The position numbers were made by a program, and so were the translations under genes. Shown in pieces: positions 11,952 through 24,431 of a stretch of DNA of 64,000 bases. The notes under the pieces are model-generated. The model searched no databases, was not told the DNA's origin, and saw nothing but the letters and a program-made list of their open reading frames with translations. Numbering within the stretch: the stretch's first letter is position 1; each line of letters starts with the position of its first letter. The stretch is from Eledone cirrhosa (lineage: Eukaryota), in contig CAXHJY010001747.1 in NCBI GenBank assembly GCA_964016885.1, forward strand, positions 124,001 through 188,000, written 5' to 3'.

Positions 11952-14900
11952 TTGAGAGTTGGCTGTTTGAACGCGCGTGGCCTGGGCTCAGCTTGGAAGC
12001 AAGCAAAGCTTCTAAGTGACCTCAGGTCACAAAGTATAGATGTGATGGTTGTTTGCGAGAGTCGGATCAGCAGCGTGAGACAGCTGGCGCCCGCCTTCGA
12101 TGACTTTGAGATGCACGCATCTCTCTGTCAACCCGGAGGCGGGGGGGGGGGGGGGGAGTTGCCGTACTGCTGGATAAACGTCTGACTCTCGACGTACAGA
12201 TTGTTCACTCGGACCCGGGGGGTCGATTACTGGTGCTGGACGTCGGAGGCGGTGAAGGCGGGGCTTTCAGACTGGTCGGTCTTTATGCTCCCTTCGGGGC
12301 GGAAAGAGCCGACTTCTTCCAGCGTCTGGAGACTTTTCTAGGAACGTCGCGTTCCCTGCTTTTAGTGGGGGACTGGAATGGAATCCTAGATGCGCGTTGG
12401 GACTATGCAGGGGCATGTCCCGATAGAGGGGGGTGTAGCAGCCTCAAGGGGTTACTCGATCGATTCGACCTGGTCGATAGATTTCGACTAGATTGTCCAA
12501 CTGCGCCAACCTGGACCTGGGCAAACCGCAGTGGACAATCTAGATCGTACCTAGATAGGTTTTTGGTTAGGAGTAAGGATAGGGACGTATTTAGTTGTCC
12601 AGAACTGATCATGGTTGGCTATTCAGATCACAAATTAGTGACCTGCGTGGTCAACCTTGATAGAACGCATAGACAGGGTCCCGGTTACTGGAAGATGAAC
12701 TTGTCCTTACCGACAAAGAAAGATTACAGAAACCGGATTAGTAGCTTAGTTAAGATGCGGTTGACGGGAGCGATCGTCAACAGTAGGTGGTGGATATCTC
12801 TAAAGAGAGAGATTAGAGTAAGTTCGATAGGTTACAGTAAGGAACTAGCGGCGAATAGAAATAGGAGGGAAAGGGAGTTAACAGATAAACTAGAAGAGGC
12901 GATTAGGAGCGGAGACGTAGCCAGAGTGTTAGCGACGAGAACGGCATTGAGCCAGTTCTTTGACGCGAAGCACGAAGGCTGCGTTGTCCGAAGTAAAATA
13001 CGTGCTTTAGGAAACGAGGGGACCAAAGCTGTTAGCTGGGCCCGCGTGACAGAAGCCAAGAGTGGGATTAAATCCACCATTCGGTCTTTGCGAGACCAGG
13101 ATGGACGGGTGATCCTTGAACCTGAGCGAATGTGCGAGACCTTTCAAAGGCACTTTGCTCGACTGTTCGGAGGTGGCGGGGGGCCGGACGGGGATGTGGA
13201 CTTCGGTCCATACCTCGACGGTCTACCGCGTCTTTCGAGCGGCGAAGCGGAGTGCTGCGAAAGGCCAATCACAGCCACTGAAATCGGGGAAGCGCTCAGC
13301 CAATGCAGCAGACGCAAATCCCCGGGTCTCGATGGTCTACCATACGAACTTTATTTAGCTATGCCGGTCTTGTTCTCCGAACTCCTCGAGGCTGTCTATT
13401 GCAACTGGCAACAGAACGGGAGAATTCCCTGTTCTGTGACCAAGGGCGTGGTCACGCTAGTGAGGAAGGACGAGAGCAAGGGGGACGACTTAAGTAACTT
13501 TAGGCCCATAACTCTGCTGAATGCAGAGTTACAGATTTTGGCCAAGGTGTTGGCGAAGAGGTTGGCGCTTGTGGTGGGTGGTTTGGTGGGAGACGCGCAG
13601 ACATGCGCTATCCCGTCCAGGTCCATTCACGACAACCTCCACCTCATGCGATACATCATAGAGAGGGTTGGCTACGAACCCGGCTTTGGTGGGGCCCTGA
13701 TCAACTTGGATCAATCTAAGGCGTTCGATAGGGTCGACCATGGTTACCTGGATGCGGTGCTAGCGGCGGCGGGCTTCGGACCCGTTTTCAGGGGCTGGAT
13801 TTCTGCCATGCACAGTGGCAACATCTACTCTAGGATTAAAGTAAACGGCTACCTCTCGGAGCCGTTTCAAATCACCCGATCCATCAGACAGGGGTGTCCC
13901 CTCTCCTCCCTTCTGTACGTATTGACTCTCGAGCCACTGCTGCGGAAGTTGGAGTTGCTGCGGGGCATACCCCTGGAACCGGGATTGCACAAAGCGGTCT
14001 CGGCCTATGCCGACGACGTAACAGTAATGGTGGCGGACGCCTCGGAAATCGGGGCGATCGCCACCCTACTGGAGGAATACGAAAGGCTGACGGGGGCTAA
14101 GCTGAACCAGGACAAGTCAGTCGGTTTGCAACTCGGAACGTGGAGGGGCAAACCGATGCCGTTAGACGGTGTCGTCGGGCGGTGGACGGAGGGCCCGGTG
14201 AAGCTGCTCGGGGTCTGGTTCGGACCGGACCTCCAGGTGGAGAAGAATTGGGGCGAGGTGACGAGCAGGGTGTTTGCGCTGACCCAGAAGTGGGCCAAGT
14301 GCAAACTATCACTGAAAGGTCGGGCGGAGGTGACGAACGCTTACATAGCGTCCGTCATCTACTACCGCCTGACCGTCGTGCCTTGCCCCAAGGAAAAGCT
14401 CACCATCATGGAACGCATGCTCTTCCAGTTCCTCTGGAAGAAGCGGCCTCCCATGGTGAGGAGATCCATCTGCTGCCAGCACCCTTCGAAAGGAGGGCTG
14501 GGTATGCCGTGGCTGTTGATGCGTAGGCACGCATTGAGGCTACGGCATCTACAGGTATTCCTCAACGGTCAGCCGGTGTGGGCCCCGTTTGTGAGGCGAG
14601 CCTTCCCACAGCTCGTCTCGCTCACCGAACTGCAATCCTGGGTGAAGCAAAGACCGAGAAAACTGGGCAACTGGCACACCGAGTGTGCCCAGGCGCTCAC
14701 GGCTATTTGGCAAGCGGACCCGACTGTCAGTGGAGAATCCACCTCGACATTCTATAGAGGGTTGGTGGCTAGCAGGGGAGACGACACCCTTGGAGAGTCG
14801 CTAGGCATGGAGGAAGACGAACTGGCCAGCCTGTTCGGTAGAACTTTCGGCCCGGGACCCATGGACAACTTCCAGAGGTCCCTAGCCTGGCAGTGTTACC

Positions 14901-15388
14901 GGGGGGCTCTGCCCGTTCGAGAAAAGCTCTACAGACACGGGCGCCCGGGCAGGGATCCCGCGAAAAAGATCTGTCCCAGATGCGTGCGCGACGAGGAAAC
15001 CGTTGCGCATGCACTGGTACACTGCCCGGGCGTTGCCGATCTGTGGGGCTACGTCGAACGACTGCTGTCGCGTGTGGCGCCGATTCGATTAACCGCCGAG
15101 TCTGTGGTGAACATCAAGCCGCCTCCTCTCTTCAGAAATGAAGCAGAAGCGGTCTTTCTGTGCGTAATAGCCATGATGAAAGAGGTTGTGTGGTGGACGC
15201 GCCTGAAAGGTCTGAGGTCGGGTGACTTTCTCTCCGGCCATCACCTGGTTTACTTCTTCCGATACCACTTCGGAAGAAGAATCAGGATGGAGAGAGAAGT
15301 GCTTAGTCCCAGACAGTTTTATGAAAGGTGGGTGAAAGAAGCGAGAATGGCCCGTGTAAATGGGCCTTCTCTCTACATTGTTCTGTAG
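11952..15388 (+). CDS. Tx1 ORF2: APE endonuclease, reverse transcriptase and C-terminal zinc finger (~1145 aa if the single frameshift in the G16 run at 12141-12156 is corrected)
   Basis: LRVGCLNARG, GVAVLL, GDWNG, SYLDRF, SDHK; KSPGLDG, RPITLLN, LDQSKAFDRV, RQGCPLS, YADD; CPRC..ETVAHALVHC. Confidence 0.9.
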
Positions 15389-15618
15389 GTGAAGAAGTGA
15401 AGAGGAAAGGGGGAGCGCCTCCTCTCTGGGCTTCCCCCGCGAAAAGAGTTGCACACTTTTCGGGGGTATGTGCAATCCCCAACACGCCCCCTCCCTTTTG
15501 AGGACTTTTATTGTTATATTATTATTGTTATTCCTTTTTTCTTTACTCGATTTATGTAAACTCCCCCACTGTGTAAATGTCCCCTTCTTTTGTGCCCTCG
15601 TGGCAAATAAATAGAAAT

Positions 15619-15619
<1 letters not shown>

Positions 15620-15667
<48 letters not shown>
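15620..15667. repeat. (TATC)n spacer between Tx1 copies 2 and 3
   Basis: About 12 units. Confidence 0.95.
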
Positions 15668-16810
15668 CTTCTAACGGGGGGCTGGGGATGCCGTGGTTGA
15701 CGATGCGCAAACACGCGCTCAGGCTGCGGCATCTCTACGTATTCCTCACCGGACAACCGGTGTGGGCCCCGTTCGTGAGGCGAGCCTTCCCACGACTCGT
15801 CTCACTGACCGAGCTGCAGTCCTGGGTCAAGCAGAGACCGAGGAAAATGGGCGACTGGCACATCGAATGTGCTCAGGCGCTCACAGCCCTCTGGCAGGCG
15901 GACCCGGCGATCAGTGGAGACTCCACTTCGTCATTCTATAGAGGGTTGGTCCGCAGCAAGTGCGACGACGCGCTCGGTGAAACTCTAGGCGTGGAGGAAG
16001 ATGAACTGGCCAGTCTGTTCGGTAGGACCTTCCGCCCGGGACCGATGGACAACTTCCAAAAGTCCCTGGCCTGGCAGTGCTACCGAGGATCTCTACCAGT
16101 TCGAGACAAGCTCTACAGACAAGGGCGCCCGGGCAGGGACCCTGCAAAAAAGATCTGTCCGAGGTGCGTGCGAGACGAAGAAACCGTCGCGCACGCATTC
16201 ATACACTGCCCGGGCGTCACTGACCTGTGGGGATATGTAGAACGACTATTGTCGCGGGTGGGACCAATCCAGTTGACCACCGAGTCCATTGTCAGGATCA
16301 AACCGCCACCCTCCTTCAAAAACGAAGGAGAGGCGGTTTTCCTTTGTGTGATAGCTATGGCGAAAGAGGTTGTATGGTGGACAAGGTTGAAAGGGCTGAG
16401 GTCAGACACCTTTCTCTCCGGCCAACAACTGATTCTTTTTTTCAAATACCACTTTGGAAGAAGAATCAGGATGGAGAGAGAGGTGCTGTACCCCAGCAAG
16501 TTTTATGAAAGGTGGGTGAAAGTGGCGAGAATGGCCCGAGTGAATGGGCCTTCTCTCTATATCAGCCTGTAGGTTGAGGAAAAGGAGGAGGAGAGGAAAG
16601 GAGTACAAGCTCTTCGTACTCCTGGAGATGAGGGTTGCACATTTTTTTCGGGGGTCTGTGTTACCCATATAAACTGTCTCCCTCTATTGGGGAAAATCGA
16701 CTAACTTTTAAATTCCATCTGTGATAACATTTTACACGTTTTTATTGTATGTAAACTTCCCCCTTTGTATTTGTCCCCTTCTTTTGTGCCCCTGTGGCTA
16801 ATAAAGAAAT
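15668..16810 (+). mobile_element. Tx1-clade LINE copy 3 (subfamily C), 5'-truncated; intact ORF2 C-terminal ~300 codons ending at 16572
   Basis: PSNGGLGMPWL...VNGPSLYISL, highly similar to the copy 2 protein but with many synonymous changes and a different 3'UTR; ends aataaagaaat followed by TATC-rich sequence. Confidence 0.92.
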
Positions 16811-17203
16811 ATATCTATCTATCCATATATCTATCTACATATCTATATATCACCCCACCTATATATCTCTCTATCCAACTGTCTAACTCTCTCTCTATCT
16901 AACTACCTAGCCATCTATATATTTACCTACCTACCTACCTACCTACCTAACTACCTGCTTACCTACTTATATAATATATATCTGTTTATCTGTCTATGTA
17001 CGTATTTTCATATTCATAGCTACCTCTACGCACACACACTCACAGACACACACACATATATATATATGAAAAGAGTCAGGACTCCGACGGCTACGCTCCG
17101 GCCGTTTCGACAGCTAGATCCGAACTGGTCCACCTGGTATCTTACCACACTTTCTTTGTTATAATATATATATGTACTAATGTATATATCTATCTTTGGG
17201 TAT

Positions 17204-17234
<31 letters not shown>

Positions 17235-17718
17235 GTGTGATACATGTAAAATTCCCGCTTGTCAGCTGTCTAGTGAGTGTTTCTGTAGTTCCGGTTACTT
17301 TGGAATACCTTACCACTCTTCCCCGGGTATCAATACTTTTTAAGGAACCATTGAACAAGGAAAGACGAAAAATGTACATACCAATACAAAACAGAAAATC
17401 TCCTACCATAAAACACAAGAAACAAATATAGGATGATAACCGTAGAAGAAATAAAAAGATTAATACGATTTTTTTCGAGGAATGACCCTGGAACTAATAA
17501 CAATAAGAGACAAGGAAGGGACGTAACACAGAGAAATAACCACCTCTATTGTCAAATTATGAAGATGTGAGAAAGAGACATGATGGGAAGATTGGAGGAG
17601 AACAGATAGTGGGTTCAAGACAGTAGTAAGAGACACAGAAGGAAGAAGAAAGCGTGAGAGATAGATATATATAAATAGGTATATAGATAGATAAATAGAT
17701 AGATAGATAGATAGATAA

Positions 17719-17753
<35 letters not shown>

Positions 17754-17870
17754 GAGAGAAAGAGAATGAGATAGATAGATAGATAAATAGATAGAGAGAG
17801 AGAGAGTGAGAGAGAAAGAGAATGAAATAGAGAGAGAGAGAGATAGTGATATATATAGAGAGATAGATAG

Positions 17871-18368
17871 ATTTCTTTATTAGCCACAAGGGCGCAACAA
17901 GAAAGGGGACAATACAAAGACATGCCGGGGATTTTACATACAGTCGTGTAAAAAAATATAAAAACAAACAATTTCAACAATCGAAATCCCCAATAGGGGG
18001 GAGGCGCCACAAATGGGTTGTTTAATACCCCGTCGATAGAACAACCCTCAACTCAAGGAGCGTGTTGTGCAAGTGCTCCTTTCTTCCTTTTGCTCTCTTC
18101 CTCAACCTACAGGCTTATAAACAGAGAAGGCCCAATCACTCGGGCCATTTTCGCTTCATTCACCCACCTTTCAGTAAATTTACTGGGGTGCAGTGCCTCT
18201 CTCTCCACCCTGATTCTCCTTCTAAAGTGATACTTAAAGAATGGAATCAATTGTTGTCCGGAGAGAAAGGCATCTGTCCTCAGTCCTCTCAACCTCGTCC
18301 ACCATATAACTTCTTTCACCATAGCCACCGTACAGAGGAAAACCGCCTCTCTTTCGTTTTTGAAAGAG
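17871..18368 (-). mobile_element. Tx1-clade LINE copy 4 (subfamily A), 5'-truncated to ~500 bp
   Basis: Reverse complement closely matches 9410-9875; GATA repeats on both sides (17860-17870, 18371-18417). Confidence 0.92.
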
Positions 18369-18370
18369 TC

Positions 18371-18454
<84 letters not shown>

Positions 18455-18949
18455 CCGCAGTAGTAGTAAACAACAGATTAGGTTTCATAATCTATGGATA
18501 AACACTTCAGGATTCTGTAGATTCAAACAAAAAGAACATGGGTGTCACGGTTAGTACAACTTTAACGATAGGTCTGCTGAATCAGAGTTGACCTGTAGCT
18601 AAACAACTTCAACAAAAAAATACTCTACTCGATCATGACTGCCTTGAGACGAAACAACAAAAACAACGAGAATATCAACATCAACAACGTCAACAACAAC
18701 ATCTACAACAACAATAATAACAACAACAACTACAGCAATAACGCTTGTAACACCAATAACAACAACAACACAAAAAATGACAGCATCATGAACCTCAACA
18801 ACGTCAAATGACCCTTGGATCAATCGTTGAGCGTTGTCAGCTCAAGGTGAAAGTTCACAAAAAGACAAACAAAACCAAAACAAAAAAAAGAAAATTCACA
18901 AGAAAATTAATATAAAAAAATCAATAAAACTATTTTATAATGTTTTAAA

Positions 18950-18975
18950 TTACACACACTCACACACACACACAT

Positions 18976-19008
<33 letters not shown>

Positions 19009-19482
19009 CATATCTATTTGTGTGAGCTTATATATATATGTATATATATTTCTACACACACACATATATATATATATATATTACATAAACATACCAGCAC
19101 ACACACACATATATATACATATCTATTTGTGTGTGCTTATATATACATGTATATATAGGTCTACACACACACACGTATATATATATATTACACAAACATA
19201 CCCGCACACACACACACATAGATATATATATATATACATATCTATTTTTGTGTGCTTATATATATATATATATAGAGATATATTATATATATATATATGT
19301 ATATATATTTCTACATATATATATGTTTCACAAACATTCTCTCTCTCTCACACACATACGCACACCTACTCACACACACACACATGCACACACACACACA
19401 CATACACACACACACACACACATACACACATGCACACACACACACACACATACACACCACACACACACATGCACACATACAC

Positions 19483-19575
<93 letters not shown>

Positions 19576-19600
19576 CACACACCAACACACACACATATAT
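18950..19600. repeat. Compound (TA)n/(CA)n microsatellite field
   Basis: Direct inspection. Confidence 0.9.
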
Positions 19601-19942
19601 AAAGACATAGGTAGATATTATAACCGATCTTTTGTACAGGGTACCTAAACAATATTTAAATATAATTCGTTATAGGAAATGCTTGTGTTACGCAGTTTTC
19701 ATACTTATACTTTGTTCCAATGTTGTTTTATCTGGTATTATCAGAAGAGTATAGTTTTAGTGAACTCGCGCTTTCATACTATTGGTCACTAGTACCGTCA
19801 TAAGACATGTGCCCACGGGCCAGATATCCGGGGTGGTGGCGAGGACACATCAATGCAATCTATGTATGCTGTGGCTTGCGGTTAATTTTTCACAGTTGTA
19901 CATGTAAAGGCCGTAGTTCCTTACTTTGCCGGGAGGCTTATA

Positions 19943-20130
19943 CAGTGAAATTCCGTTATAACGAAATTCACGGAGTATAAAAAAAATTTCGTTGTAACGA
20001 AAAATTCTTTATAACGAGATCGACCGAAACAAATTGAGTGTTTGTTTGTTATTACCTCGGGGATAGAAAAAAATTTCGTTATACAGAAAAATTCGTTATA
20101 ATGGTATTCGTTATAGCAGAATTTTTCCTG
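19943..20130. mobile_element. Tigger/pogo-like MITE (~188 bp) with TA TSD
   Basis: TA|CAGTGAAATTCCGTTATAACGAA ... TTCGTTATAGCAGAATTTTTCCTG|TA; repeated internal TTCGTTATA motifs. Confidence 0.8.
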
Positions 20131-20278
20131 TAATGCTGTGAAGACGGCCATGTTTAGTCATTGTTGTTATTGTTATTGTTTAGCACTTGGTCAGCTCTGA
20201 CTGGAAAGACCTATGAGACAAAGCATTCCATCCATGACTTCTTCGTTTTATTTTGAATGTGTCTAACAGCGACAATAA

Positions 20279-22560
20279 CACTGGTCAACAAAAGTAAATG
20301 TATTATACTCATTATGAATGCAAACCAACTCTTTTAGACTAATGTTTCATGCTGATTTCAAAATTTCACTCCATTTGTATGCAGCACGCATTGGATTTTC
20401 AGTAGATACATACAATTATTTACATATTTGTATATATGAAACCATTAACGTAATAAATAAGGACATATTTTTAGAAAGTAAATGAGTTTATTGAGTTAAA
20501 AATCATCACTATCATTCTACAAGGAGTGAATACACAAAAAATGGGTCAGACAAAACAGACAAAGTTAGAACAACAGAGTTACAAAACATTATGATATGTA
20601 TTTTCTGTGGTGTTCCTGATCTCCATAACACTAAGTGAAATCTTTCACCATATTCATCAGACACTGCTCCACGATTATCTGCGAAGAAATCCAGATGGGA
20701 GTCCAAGAAGTGAACTTTCAGTGACATGCGACAACCCATTGCTAGGTAACATTTCAGAAGATTCTTGATGCCATCTTTGTAGTCCATTGCCTTCTTGTTG
20801 CCCAAGAAATTCTCACAGGTCCAATTGAAAGCATTCCAGGCAGGCAGTTCCAGTTCATCTAGTGTTGTCTTGAAGTTGACATCTTTGAGTACTTCTCTAA
20901 TTTGTGGTCCAACAATGATACCCTCTTTCAACTTAGCCTGTGTGGTTTTAGGAAACTTTTCTACAATATACTCAAACCCTCTGGCATTTCTCTTCCCTAG
21001 TGTCTTTACAAACTGTTTCATCAGTCCAAACTTTATGTGCAAAGGAGGCAATAAGACATTACATGGATCTATAAGAGGTGCATTCTTGACGCTAGACAGT
21101 CCTGGCTGGTGTGATGTTCTTGTCTGCCAGTTTGATTCCGAATAATGTCTGTCAGTTGCCCGACTATCCCATAGACACAAGAAACAACAGTATTTTGTGA
21201 AACCTGACTGCATTCCCATTAACATACCAATAACTTTTAAATCTCCACATATTTTCCATGAGTATCTTTCCATGAGTATCTTTCATGAAGTAAAAGTTCC
21301 ATATTCTCATATGATTAATGAAGATGAATGGAGTGTGCAATAGGAATGGAGGGCTTCAAATTACCATTATGGAGAAATACAGCTTTTAAAATTCGTTTTG
21401 AAGAGTCAATAAACAAACGCCACTCTGCAGGATCATGATTTTGTGATAAACATTCGAAAAGTCTATCGATGTTACTGCAAAAGCAAAGCGGGCCTTCAAC
21501 AGAGAAACACGTTTGTAGAACCACATTTCTCTGCCGAAAATAAGTTATACGAACACTGTGTTCTAGTAGATACTTCTCCTTCAGTCTTGATCCCAACAGT
21601 TCTGCTTTATCTTTTGAGGGATAGGTCTCTGACAAGGTCATTCAGTTCAGCTTGGGAAAATTTCTGAGGTTCAAAGCTATCGTCATCAGCCACGTAATCT
21701 TCCTCAGCAGCACTATCGTGACAGTCAACATCATCATCTGATGTCGTTTGGTGGAACTGGAATTGGCAGACTTCCATTGTGAGGCACAGGTCCCATTGCA
21801 GGATCCTAATTAGGATACACAATTTTGTGTTTATTCTTCATAGAAAATCCTGTGACATTTACTTTGCAAAAATAAGTCATTAAAATGGTCTTTCGGCTCC
21901 CTCCATATCATTGGAATGGCAAAAGGCATGGACTTCCTTTTATTGAACCAATCATGTAAGCCATTTGAGCAAGCTGAACATATAAAATGTGATGCCCATA
22001 ACTTGTCCTGATCTCCAAGAGGACAGTCAAAGTATAGCTTATAAATCTTCTTGATCTCTGGTGTTATTGTACATTTTTGAGCTTTCACAATAAATTGTCC
22101 ACAGACATAACAAAACACATCAGGACGATTTCTACACTGTCTTGACATTGTTAACACTGTAAAACAAGTAAGGAAATAGATACAAACGGTTATACTTATA
22201 TTGAATTTGAGATGATGAAATATTTCATCAGATCAATTATGACTGGACAATTTGAGATGTTGAAATTCCTATTTTATCAGACAAAACTTGATTGGTTAAT
22301 TTAAGATGATGAAATATTGAATCTGAACTATGCAGCAATGAATAATGTAGTTTATTCTAAAGTATGTTTTCATGATGTAAATGAAATACACGTCATTAAT
22401 TGGAATTTGTATAAAATGCATGAGCTAAAATCAAAAAACTTTCTCATCTTGAAAACTGTACGTGATGTCAAAAAACTAATTGTATATTTGAAATCAGCAT
22501 TAAAAACTACACTAAGTACACTTTGACATATGCTTGATGAAAAATACTTGTTGACCAGTG
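20279..22560 (-). mobile_element. Complete Chapaev3-type (CMC superfamily) DNA transposon, 2282 bp
   Basis: TIRs CACTGGTCAACAA (20279-20291) and TTGTTGACCAGTG (22548-22560); 3-bp TAA TSD on both sides; internal transposase. Confidence 0.88.
20630..22148 (-). pseudogene. Chapaev3 transposase, frameshifted into at least 4 pieces
   Basis: N-terminal Chapa zinc finger (CRNRPDVFCYVCG..YF..GDQDK.W..H.IC..C..PMIWREPKDH); WRLFIDSSK; WKICGDLKV..GFTKYCCFLCLWDSR; LLPPLHIK; MSLKVHFLDSHLDFF. Confidence 0.88.
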
Positions 22561-22864
22561 TAATAATCCAATGTGCCCTTGCTGTTTTTAAGGCGATACG
22601 GTGTGATTTGAGGGAATCTTTCTGCCACTTCTAATATGTTAAATGATCGCGCAGAGGCGCCCGTCATTGATTTGAAACTTTTAGTGTTAAGCAATTCTTG
22701 AGAAGAATTGATATATTTGTTTTGGGCTTTTTGTTCATCATATATTATTATATATATATTATATATATATTATTATATATACTTTAAAAGAGCAACAAGA
22801 CTCACTGTTCAGCCTTAATAAAATGAATATATATAGTTTATTACGTCATTAAGCAAAGAGAAAT

Positions 22865-22956
22865 CTGATGAGCTTTTGATTCCAGAGTCGGGCCAGATTG
22901 ATAGAGATCGAATCTTGAGCTGATCAATCTCGAAACGCGCGTCAACCCTGAATAAA
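22865..22956 (+). ncRNA. Penelope-type hammerhead ribozyme motif, degenerate, followed by AATAAA
   Basis: CTGATGAG...CGAAAC-gcgc-GTC with a palindromic stem III; stem I not well supported. Confidence 0.5.
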
Positions 22957-22999
22957 CTTAATGAACATTTGACACCTCGTCCATACTTATTATTAATTG

Positions 23000-23190
23000 G
23001 TGGATTGGCAGTGTCGGTAGAGGGTCGGATACCATGCTTTGAAGCATAGAGTTACGTCCCTTTACGATTTGAGTCCAAATCCCGTCGAGGTTAACGTTGC
23101 CTTTCATCCTTACGGAGTCGATAAAATAAAGTACCAGTAATGAACTGGGATAATTTCTGGCCTTGTTCCAAAAGTAGAAACAATTATCAA
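23000..23190 (+). mobile_element. tRNA-derived SINE (Meta-domain-like family)
   Basis: Matches 5335-5550 and 42270-42440. Confidence 0.85.
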
Positions 23191-23390
23191 TTATATATAT
23201 ATATATATTTTTATATATATATATGTAAATGCATAAGTATATATATATATGTATATATATATATATGTGTGTGTGAGTGTGTGAGTGTGTGTGAGTGTGT
23301 GTGTATGAGTGTGTGTGTGTATGTGTGTGTATCACGGGTTTAATCGGGGGTAACCAAACTAGGTAAGGTACTCAATACATAGTAGAGTAT

Positions 23391-23529
23391 ATACAATGTT
23401 TAGTATAGAAAAGTCTTCTACAGGACTAGAACTGTTTCGTTCGAAGAAAATCATCAAGCTTTCCTGATGATTTCCTCGAATGAAACATTTCTAGTACTGT
23501 AGAAATCATTTCTATATAAACATTATATG
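23391..23529. mobile_element. Palindromic Penelope-like pseudo-LTR pair, each arm with a minimal hammerhead motif
   Basis: Inverted repeat centred on AAGCTT (23456-23461); + arm CTGATGA-tttcctcgaat-GAAAC-atttcta-GTA; same family at 35870-35925. Confidence 0.7.
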
Positions 23530-23541
23530 TATATATATATA

Positions 23542-24431
<890 letters not shown>

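Larger units (their letters stand above)
9905..15618 (+). mobile_element. Full-length Tx1-clade (L1 group) non-LTR retrotransposon, copy 2 (subfamily B), ~5.7 kb
   Basis: ~200-bp 5'UTR, ORF1 with CCHC knuckle, ORF2 APE-RT-CCHC, 3'UTR with AATAAA; flanked by (TATC)n on both sides. Confidence 0.95.

Noticed and set aside
15577-15667. Apparent N-terminus (MSPSF...IYLSIYLS) of the 331-aa ORF
   Set aside because: Chance read-through from the copy 2 3'UTR across the TATC spacer into truncated copy 3.
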